Below the pieces are notes generated by a model. It did no database searches. It was not told the DNA's origin and worked only from the letters and a program-made list of their open reading frames with translations. A DNA stretch of 64,000 nt from Utricularia gibba (taxonomy: Eukaryota; Plantae; Magnoliophyta), in assembly GCA_002189035.1 (NCBI GenBank), contig NEEC01000024.1, positions 806,001 to 870,000 on the forward strand, in the 5' to 3' direction. The position numbers and the translations under genes are program-made. Of this stretch, positions 50,426 to 61,100 are shown piece by piece; position 1 is the stretch's first letter, and every line of letters begins with the position of its first letter.

Positions 50426-52699
50426 ACCTGCAATCTGTGCTGGAGAAAAGAAAACAGCAAGAACAAAGCACCTACACTGAGCACTTACAACAAGTAAACC
50501 CTAAATTCACTCAAAATTCAATGGATTTCAAACAAGAAACTCTGCACAACGAAGAGAGTATACAATCTGGAGTTAACCCATGGCTCTTCACTCTCAATTA
50601 CTTGTGAAATCGGGAGATCTTGTCGACCGGCAGCACCGCGTCAACCAGGTGTGAAAGTCGGTGGACAAAGAGGAAAACAAACGGTAATAAAGAGGAATAG
50701 TTTATTGTTGAGGAAGGCTATATTGGTAAATTTCCATGAAAATTATCCATAAACCCAATTTTATACCCACCTACCAAACGTGGGTTCATTTAAACCCAAA
50801 TAATGTAAACCCATCAACCAAACACGATTTATACACCCTAAACCCATAAAACCGGGTTACCTAAACCGAAATAAACTAAACTTGGGTTTAGGCCAAACCC
50901 AGCAACCAAACACGCCCTTATGATTACAAAGGATCAATAGACATTCTTGCGATTAAACCAATAATTCAAAGAATATTATAAAACAATTTTATGATGAAAG
51001 GATATATATTATGCATTAATTTAAAATTCAATATTTTTGTCGTTTTTTAAATAAAAAAAATAAAAGGCCATACTTAGTGATATAACCGACATCCAATATT
51101 TTTTTAACTAAAATACACTTTACACTAACTTTTAGATAAATTGTTGAAATATAATTAAATTATTTCATTAAATTATAAAATAATTTTTTAGTTTAATGGT
51201 TTAATCAAAATATGTGTATTAATCTTTTTTGTAATCAGAAGACATATAATAATTTATCTATTGTATCAGAATTTTTTTATATTGCACACATTAATATGAA
51301 AAATAAGGAATTTGTCATCAATTTTGAAAATGAATAAAAGAATAATAAACAATAAAGAACCATTTAGTTTAGAATTGAGGTAACATTTTCGATATTATAT
51401 GTCTCACTTTTGAATAAAATAAGATATCTGAAATTTATTTTAAAATTTCAGATTAAAATGTAAATTTGTTCTTAATGAATTTATCTAATCTTTAAGTTCA
51501 TGCAAAATCATTTATTTTTAAAAGTTATACTTGAAATGGTTATTTTTCAAAAGAAATTGAAGGGATAATTATTTTTTAAATTTGAAGAGTGAGAGATGGT
51601 TATTATTCAAAGTAACCCTTTGAAGGAGACAATGGATTTTGCCTTCCAAGTTTTGATTTTCATGGAAATTCTTGTCAATCCATTGCCATAGACTCAGAAA
51701 GAATCTCAAGATGAAAGCTTGCGACATAGCAAGATAAGTTGATGTTGGTTTAGTAGCTTACACAAGGAAGCTACCCACCTCTGGTGAGGTGGGCCAAGTT
51801 GGCATCTTCGTTTCTTTCAATTCCTGAATTGATGAAGCTCAGGGTATGCTGTAGTGTTCGATGAGAGAATACTTCGACTTCCACCATATACGTCACAGAC
51901 ACAACCTTTGGTCAGATATTATATGTTCTAATATGCTATATCTCAATAGTTTCACACTTTTCCCGAATGACGTAACTTGATCACACCCAGATGATTCGAT
52001 GCCATTAACATACTTTCAGAGCTTGGATTAAAAATCAATGAATGATGCAGAGGCTAAAGTCAAGAACCATTATTCTAATCAATGGCATGAAGTGGGAGAC
52101 TGAAGAGAGCACCCAACCATGCTAGGGTTCGCCTCGCAGCTTTTGAATCCCCTTGATGGTATTCAAAGTCGTAGTTGTTTTGTATGTACATGGAAAACTC
52201 ATAGTACCTTTGTACCATCCCTAGAATACATGGCCTTTCTCAAGCTCATATATGAGTTGCAGAAGACGGGGCAATATGCTAGTTGTTCAAGATAGAGCAT
52301 ATACATTGACAAATGTGTCTACTTCCCCTGTTTGACATGGATATATCTGCAATTTCCAAGCATCCATCCATTTGAGCATCACCTGATCCCTCTCGAGGAG
52401 CTTGGACCAGTCATTTTTGTAAACAAGTTCTGTTGTGAGCTTTTATGGAAGGTTACTTCTATAGTTGAAGTCCCAACCAAAATATTTTCCTGCACACAAG
52501 GGACAAGGGAAAATTGCATATTGTACTAATTATATTTCACATTATTGTACGTTATATCCAAAATTTGACAAATTATATTTCATGATCAAATCATTTTAAT
52601 TGGGATCATGTCACTTCTACATGCACCTTATGTTCGTTACTTACCCCTAATTTTTACCATCATAAACATTTAACATATTTGATGTAGTTTGAATTTCTT

Positions 52700-54270
52700 C
52701 GAAAGAGGGATTGTGGATCATTTGAAGCTACAATTGCTATCGATATACACCTGAACGTTTTCCATAATACTTAGGCAGAAAATTAATCATAATTGGCTTC
52801 CATTCATTAGTTGTGTCATTAGAAAACCTGATGCACAAACTCTTGTATGTATGGTCAGTTGCGTCAAGCTCATTCAAGGTCTTCTCCTATAATGCAATGA
52901 TGTAATTAACTTGAGTTGCAGTAGGGAGTCTTCTAAACCTTGTTGTTTCTCTCACTTTTGTTTTGTTCTTACTGATAGTTCTCTCGATTTCTGGATAGAA
53001 AACAAGATCACTTGCAGAGAAGAATGCAAATGCATCAACTGAATCACAAAACAATTAAACATCACTCCCAGAAATATTGCCAATTTGATAAACGAAAAAT
53101 TTAGCACATGTTGTGAATATGCAATTTTTCGTATGAAATAAATTTATAATCCTAATTCACATCCAATCATACAACAAATATGAGCATAGTGATCAGGGTT
53201 GAACATAAAAAGCAGGTGCTTGTCATGTGATTATCAATGCATGCAATCAGCGTCATGTTGATAGATTTAATTTAAACTAGGATTAAAACAAACTTACGAT
53301 AAAATACAATAGAGAAAAGCAACAAACTTTTGAACTCGGTTGTACTGAAGATGAGATGGGTGATGCCTAGGGATTCCTAGGGTTAACATGCAAATTGCTA
53401 CAACTACCCCACTTAAACCATAGATCATTTACATAATAAGCAAAGGTCTAAGTCAACCCAAATCTTAGTTTTTTCTAATTTTTGGTCTACCTTTAACTAG
53501 GGTTGTTCTAGTGAGCTTCACTATTTCCCCTCATGGACCTATCCTAATTTGTAAGGAAATAATGTGATATTTGGTTAATATGGTTTAGTGAACAAATTGT
53601 TAACCCCTTTATCCCAAGGCATCACTAATTGTTTTAGCTACTCATGATATGGGAAAGGAAAACGCTTTGGTGACATATCATAATCACCATTCTAGTCTCA
53701 AAATTAAACAATAGTATAGGATGCATAACAAAGCATAAACAGTAAATCGTTCATGTTAAAAAACTAAAAACTATTATCAGCTGGGAATAGTATTCTTCAA
53801 GAGCAGAAGAAATCTTCAAAAGGGAGCTTGTTTTCCTGGATTGTCTTCCTCGTTCTTATGTAAGTTTTTCTTCTGTCCATCCCTCCCCCTCCAGAAGTCT
53901 ATGTCCGTTCTTCCCAGTTGTGGAGATCTCTTTTTTCTCTCCATTTTGTCTACTTTTGTATCCAAAATCTTCCTTTTTCTCCTCCTTAGATTTTGTGTCT
54001 GTCTTTTCAGACTTTGGCCTCATCTTCTGTCACTTCACTATTCATATCCAGCTCCTTACGATTTGGGTTGTTGACATGCATTGCATTGCTCAAGGGGACT
54101 ACTAGAACCAAGGTTGGCGGTGAATCTATGATCTAGTCCCAACTAGCAATAAAACACGCTACGTCGCTACTAGTCATAAAAATATAGAAATATATATAAA
54201 ACTTAAGTTTTGTAGCAAAAAAGAGTCGTTTTCCTGCACTCAAATACTAAAAAATGCTCTCTTTCCATCA
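52700..54270 (-). mobile_element. Truncated Athila (family Z): 5' LTR 54270-53086, degenerate PBS 53085-53066, start of gag
   Basis: LTR matches the 19436 and 38510 copies. PBS-like AATTGGCAATATTTCTGGGA. The 5'UTR/gag matches 11920-12200 (RL.RL, NFLPKYYG). Confidence 0.8.
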
Positions 54271-54637
54271 TTCTTTCTGTCTTGTATGCACAACCAACTT
54301 TCCCATTTGTGCATGTAAGCGCCTAATCATTAATGTAGACTCTTACATGTCATAACTCAGAGGCCTTGTTTAATATTAGTCTTCCACCCACAATCGCTCC
54401 AAGTCACGTGCAAGTCATGAAATATCAATGTTTGTTCTCTTGCAATACTCCAAGTCTACCTCCTAACACTTTGGATGAAAGTACACGAAAAAGACAACAA
54501 AAATATGTACAAATAATGAATATAGGATTTTTCGAATAAAATAAAATATTTATTAATATAACTCCTAAGTTGGGTGATTTAATCCTAAATTAACATATAA
54601 TAATATATAATAAAAACTTAGAAAATGACACTTAATA
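54271..54637 (-). mobile_element. 5' fragment of a family Y LTR
   Basis: Reverse complement aligns with 25417-25805 (T.TTAAGTGTCATTTTCT...GATTGTGGGTGGAAGACT...). Confidence 0.75.
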
Positions 54638-55143
54638 GTATCTATACACAAATATGAAAAGAGTAGGATATAATTCGCCATTAAAGAAACTTACCTTGTG
54701 GAGAGCAGCAAAAACCACAATTGAAGAGTTGGTTACAAGATGAATGCAAGTTGAGATAACTTAATGAAAATAGTTACGAGTGGTTGTAAGATAAACCATC
54801 AAAGCATTGGTGTAGAACTTTGTTCAATACAAATGTCAAATGCGATACCTTGTTCAATAATTTATTAGAGTCATTTAATTTATTCATTTTAGAGACCAAA
54901 GATAAACCTATTATTCAGCTTCTTGAGTGGATTAGAGAACTTGTTATGGTGAGATTGTGTCATTATTGAGAAGTAGCGAAGAAATAGATAGCTTTAGTAA
55001 CTCCGTGAGCATGTGAGATATTTGTGTTAAGATTTGTTACAAAAGACTTTAACCTTGAAGATCTAGAATCTGAGATTGAAAGAAACCCACAACAATTCAA
55101 CATTGTTATGAAAAGCAAAAAGAAAATGTTTACAAGAAGACCA
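54638..55143 (+). pseudogene. Mutator/MuDR transposase fragment (post-MULE core up to the SWIM finger), cut by the satellite array
   Basis: YLYTNMK..LK..LWRAAKTT, LNENSYEWL, KHWCRTLF..KCDTLFNNLLESFN.FILETKDKPIIQLLEWIR..MVR is a characteristic MuDR stretch. Confidence 0.8.
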
Positions 55144-58100
55144 CATGAGATCCTAACTTCAATAAAGGTATCACGATTTTCGTCGAATGGGACCTTATTG
55201 TGCTGTGAAGTCAGACCGAACCTTGGGTCCGGACGAAGTTCCCAACAACAGCACCGCCAAAAAACGACAACTTTTGCTTCAAAAAGCATGTAGGCAGCCG
55301 CCGAAAACCCAACGTTAATAAATGCATCGCTTTTTTGACCAGGCTACAAATGACTATGGGCCAGAGCGCGACTCGACCATTTGCTCGATACTAGTGCCAG
55401 CCTAGAGCACCTCGTCAAATATAAATCAGGTTGTTGAGAAAACCATTTGGGGCGCTCATGACATCCTAACTTCATTAAATGCATCACGATTTTCATCGAG
55501 TAGGACCCGATTGGGCTCAGGAGCCAGACCAAACCTTGGGCCCGTACAAAGCTGCCAACGACAGCACCCGCCTTAAAACGGCAAGCTGTTGCTTGAAAAA
55601 CCATTTAGGCAGCCGCCGAAAACCCAACGTTGATAAATGCATGACTTATTTTCCGGGCTACAACTGACTATGGGCGTGAGCCCGACCCGACCTCTGGCCC
55701 AATCCCTAAACCCCCGAGAGCGCCTTCTCAAATATAAAGTAGAGTGTGGAGAAAACCCATTGGGGTTCTCATGACATCCTAACAAAAGCAAATGCATCAC
55801 GATTTTCATCGAGTAGGACCCGATTGGGCTCAGGAGCCAGACCGAACCTTGGGCCCTTACAAAGCTGCCAACGACAGCACCCGCCTTAAAACGGCAAGCT
55901 GTTGCTTGAAAAACCATGTGGGCAGCCGCCGACAAGCCAACGTTAATAAATGCATCACTTCTTTTGACGGGCTACAGCTGACTTTGTCCCCCAAGCCCGA
56001 CCTGAATTCCGGCCCGATCTCGGTGACCCACAAAAGCGCCTTCTCAAGTTTAAAGCATGCTGTTGAAAAAAGCATTTGGGGCGGTCATGAGATCCTAACT
56101 TCAATAAAGGTATCACGATTTTCGTCGAATGGGACCTTATTGTGCTGTGAAGTCAGACCGAACCTTGTGTCCGGACGAAGTTCCCAACAACAGCACCCGC
56201 CAAAAAACGACAACTTTTCCTTGAAAAAGCATGTAGGCAGCCGCCGAAAACCCAACGTTAATAAATGCATCACTTTTTTGGCCGGGCTACAAATGACTAT
56301 GGGCAAGAGCGCGACTCGACCATTTGCTCGATACTAGTGCCAGCCTAGAGCACCTCGTCAAATATAAATCAGGTTGTTGAGAAAACCATTTGGGGCGCTC
56401 ATGACATCCTAACTTCATTAAATGCATCACGATTTTCATCGAGTAGGACCCGATTGGGCTCAGGAGCCAGACCAAACCTTGGGCCCTTACAAAGCTGTCA
56501 ACGACAGCACCCGCCTTAAAACGGCAAGCTGTTGCTTGAAAAACCATGTGGGCAGCCGCCGACAACCCAACGTTAATAAATGCATCACTTCTTTTATCGG
56601 GCTACAGCTGACTTTGGGCCCGAGCTCGACCCGAATTCCGGGCCGATCTCGGTGACCCACAAAAGCGCCTTCTCAAGTGTATAGCATGCTGTTGAAAAAA
56701 GCATTTGGGGTAATCATGAGATCCTAACTGCAATAAAGGTATCACGATTTTCGTCGAATGGGACCTTATTGTGCTGTGAAGTCAGACCGAACCTTGGGTC
56801 CGGACGAAGTTCCAACAACAGCACCCGCCAAAAAACGACAACTTTTGCTTCAAAAGCATGTAGGCAGCCGCCGAAAACCCAACGTTAATAAATGCATCAC
56901 TTTTTTGGCCGGGCAACAAATGACTATAGGCCAGAGCGCGACTCGACCATTTGCTCGATACTAGTGCCAGCCTAGAGCACCTCGTCAAATATAAATCAGG
57001 TTGTTGAGAAAACCATTTGGGGCGCTCATGACATCCTAACTTCATTAAATGCATCACGATTTTCATCGAGTAGGACCCGATTGGGCTCAGGAGCCAGACC
57101 AAACCTTGGGCCCTTACAAAGCTGTCAACGACAGCACCGCCTTAAAACGGCAAGCTGTTGCTTGAAAAACCATTTAGGCAGCCGCCGAAAACCCAACGTT
57201 GATAAATGCATGACTTATTTTCCGGGCTACAACTGACTATGGGCGTGAGCCCGACCCGACCTCTGGCCCAATCCCTAAACCCCCGAGAGCGCCTTCTCAA
57301 ATATAAAGTAGAGTGTGGAGAAAACCCATTGGGGTTCTCATGACATCCTAACAAAAGCAAATGCATCACGATTTTCATCGAGTAGGACCCGATTGGGCTC
57401 AGGAGCCAGACCGAACCTTGGGCACTTACAAAGCTGCCAACGACAGCACCGCCTTAAAACGGCAAGCTGTTGCTTTAAAAACCATGTGGGCAGCCGCCGA
57501 CAAGCCAACGTTAATAAATGCATCACTTCTTTTGACGGGCTACAGCTGACTTTGTCCCCAAGCCCGACCTGAATTCCGGCCCGATCTCGGTGACCCACAA
57601 AAGCGCCTTCTCAAGTTTAAAGCATGCTGTTGAAAAAAGCATTTGGGGCGGTCATGAGATCCTAACTTCAATAAAGGTATCACGATTTTCGTCGAATGGG
57701 ACCTTATTGTGCTGTGAAGTCAGACCGAACCTTGGGTCCGGACGAAGTTCCCAACAACAGCACCCGCCAAAAAACGACAACTTTTGCTTCAAAAAGCATG
57801 TAGGCAGCCGCCGAAAACCCAACGTTAATAAATGCATCGCTTTTTTGACCAGGCTACAAATGACTATGGGCCAGAGCGCGACTCGACCATTTGCTCGATA
57901 CTAGTGCCAGCCTAGAGCACCTCGTCAAATATAAATCAGGTTGTTGAGAAAACCATTTGGGGCGCTCATGACATCCTAACTTCATTAAATGCATCACGAT
58001 TTTCATCGAGTAGGACCCGATTGGGCTCAGGAGCCAGACCAAACCTTGGGCCCTTACAAAGCTGTCAACGACAGCACCCGCCTTAAAACGGCAAGCTGTT

Positions 58101-61100
58101 GCTTGAAAAACCATGTGGGCAGCCGCCGACAACCCAACGTTAATAAATGCATCACTTCTTTTATCGGGCTACAGCTGACTTTGGGCCCGAGCTCGACCCG
58201 AATTCCGGGCCGATCTCGGTGACCCACAAAAGCGCCTTCTCAAGTGTATAGCATGCTGTTGAAAAAAGCATTTGGGGTAATCATGAGATCCTAACTGCAA
58301 TAAAGGTATCACGATTTTCGTCGAATGGGACCTTATTGTGCTGTGAAGTCAGACCGAACCTTGGGTCCGGACGAAGTTCCCAACAACAGCACCCGCCAAA
58401 AAACGACAACTTTTGCTTCAAAAGCATGTAGGCAGCCGCCGAAAACCCAACGTTAATAAATGCATCACTTTTTTGGCCGGGCAACAAATGACTATAGGCC
58501 AGAGCGCGACTCGACCATTTGCTCGATACTAGTGCCAGCCTAGAGCACCTCGTCAAATATAAATCAGGTTGTTGAGAAAACCATTTGGGGCGCTCATGAC
58601 ATCCTAACTTCATTAAATGCATCACGATTTTCATCGAGTAGGACCCGATTGGGCTCAGGAGCCAGACCAAACCTTGGGCCCGTACAAAGCTGCCAACGAC
58701 AGCACCCGCCTTAAAACGGCAAGCTGTTGCTTGAAAAACCATTTAGGCAGCCGCCGAAAACCCAACGTTGATAAATGCATGACTTATTTTCCGGGCTACA
58801 ACTGACTATGGGCGTGAGCCCGACCCGACCTCTGGCCCAATCCCTAAACCCCCGAGAGCGCCTTCTCAAATATAAGTAGAGTGTGGAGAAAACCCATTGG
58901 GGTTCTCATGACATCCTAACAAAAGCAAATGCATCACGATTTTCATCGAGTAGGACCCGATTGGGCTCAGGAGCCAGACCGAACCTTGGGCACTTACAAA
59001 GCTGCCAACGACAGCACCCGCCTTAAAACGGCAAGCTGTTGCTTTAAAAACCATGTGGGCAGCCGCCGACAAGCCAACGTTAATAAATGCATCACTTCTT
59101 TTGACGGGCTACAGCTGACTTTGTCCCCAAGCCCGACCTGAATTCCGGCCCGATCTCGGTGACCCACAAAAGCGCCTTCTCAAGTTTAAAGCATGCTGTT
59201 GAAAAAGCATTTGGGGCGGTCATGAGATCCTAACTTCAATAAAGGTATCACGATTTTCGTCGAATGGGACCTTATTGTGCTGTGAAGTCAGACCGAACCT
59301 TGGGTCCGGACGAAGTTCCCAACAACAGCACCCGCCAAAAAACGACAACTTTTGCTTCAAAAAGCATGTAGGCAGCCGCCGAAAACCCAACGTTAATAAA
59401 TGCATCGCTTTTTTGACCAGGCTACAAATGACTATGGGCCAGAGCGCGACTCGACCATTTGCTCGATACTAGTGCCAGCCTAGAGCACCTCGTCAAATAT
59501 AAATCAGGTTGTTGAGAAAACCATTTGGGGCGCTCATGACATCCTAACTTCATTAAATGCATCACGATTTTCATCGAGTAGGACCCGATTGGGCTCAGGA
59601 GCCAGACCAAACCTTGGGCCCTTACAAAGCTGTCAACGACAGCACCCGCCTTAAAACGGCAAGCTGTTGCTTGAAAAACCATGTGGGCAGCCGCCGACAA
59701 CCCAACGTTAATAAATGCATCACTTCTTTTATCGGGCTACAGCTGACTTTGGGCCCGAGCTCGACCCGAATTCCGGGCCGATCTCGGTGACCCACAAAAG
59801 CGCCTTCTCAAGTGTATAGCATGCTGTTGAAAAAAGCATTTGGGGTAATCATGAGATCCTAACTGCAATAAAGGTATCACGATTTTCGTCGAATGGGACC
59901 TTATTGTGCTGTGAAGTCAGACCGAACCTTGGGTCCGGACGAAGTTCCCAACAACAGCACCCGCCAAAAAACGACAACTTTTGCTTCAAAAGCATGTAGG
60001 CAGCCGCCGAAAACCCAACGTTAATAAATGCATCACTTTTTTGGCCGGGCAACAAATGACTATAGGCCAGAGCGCGACTCGACCATTTGCTCGATACTAG
60101 TGCCAGCCTAGAGCACCTCGTCAAATATAAATCAGGTTGTTGAGAAAACCATTTGGGGCGCTCATGACATCCTAACTTCATTAAATGCATCACGATTTTC
60201 ATCGAGTAGGACCCGATTGGGCTCAGGAGCCAGACCAAACCTTGGGCCCGTACAAAGCTGCCAACGACAGCACCCGCCTTAAAACGGCAAGCTGTTGCTT
60301 GAAAAACCATTTAGGCAGCCGCCGAAAACCCAACGTTGATAAATGCATGACTTATTTTCCGGGCTACAACTGACTATGGGCGTGAGCCCGACCCGACCTC
60401 TGGCCCAATCCCTAAACCCCCGAGAGCGCCTTCTCAAATATAAAGTAGAGTGTGGAGAAAACCCATTGGGGTTCTCATGACATCCTAACAAAAGCAAATG
60501 CATCACGATTTTCATCGAGTAGGACCCGATTGGGCTCAGGAGCCAGACCGAACCTTGGGCACTTACAAAGCTGCCAACGACAGCACCCGCCTTAAAACGG
60601 CAAGCTGTTGCTTTAAAAAACCATGTGGGCAGCCGCCGACAAGCCAACGTTAATAAATGCATCACTTCTTTTGACGGGCTACAGCTGACTTTGTCCCCAA
60701 GCCCGACCTGAATTCCGGCCCGATCTCGGTGACCCACAAAAGCGCCTTCTCAAGTTTAAAGCATGCTGTTGAAAAAAGCATTTGGGGCGGTCATGAGATC
60801 CTAACTTCAATAAAGGTATCACGATTTTCGTCGAATGGGACCTTATTGTGCTGTGAAGTCAGACCGAACCTTGGGTCCGGACGAAGTTCCCAACAACAGC
60901 ACCCGCCAAAAAACGACAACTTTGCTTCAAAAAGCATGTAGGCAGCCGCCGAAAACCCAACGTTAATAAATGCATCGCTTTTTTGACCAGGCTACAAATG
61001 ACTATGGGCCAGAGCGCGACTCGACCATTTGCTCGATACTAGTGCCAGCCTAGAGCACCTCGTCAAATATAAATCAGGTTGTTGAGAAAACCATTTGGGG

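Larger units (their letters stand above)
44451..50917. mobile_element. Full-length three-gene PIF/Harbinger transposon (6467 bp)
   Basis: TIRs GGGCGCGTTTGGTTGCTGAGTTT / GGGCGTGTTTGGTTGCTGGGTTT match at 21 of 23 positions. TTA TSD at 44448-44450 and 50918-50920. Transposase and Myb/SANT genes flank a cargo gene. Confidence 0.95.
44079..51619. mobile_element. Non-autonomous long-TIR (Mutator/foldback-like) element hosting the PIF insertion
   Basis: About 200 bp of imperfect inverted repeat starting AGGGTTACTTTGAATAATAA at 44079 and ending TTATTATTCAAAGTAACCCT at 51619. AT-rich interior. No clear TSD. Confidence 0.65.

Noticed and set aside
51620-52510. Possible LINE reverse-transcriptase (or LRR-gene) relic
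   Set aside because: Only faint, frame-broken resemblance (e.g. NKFCCELLWK). No clear FADD or QGDPLSP motif. It needs a tBLASTx/HMM search.
53550-53624. Apparent 75-bp TG..CA mini-insertion flanked by CTAAT
   Set aside because: It aligns colinearly with the same part of other Z LTR copies, so it is ordinary diverged LTR sequence.
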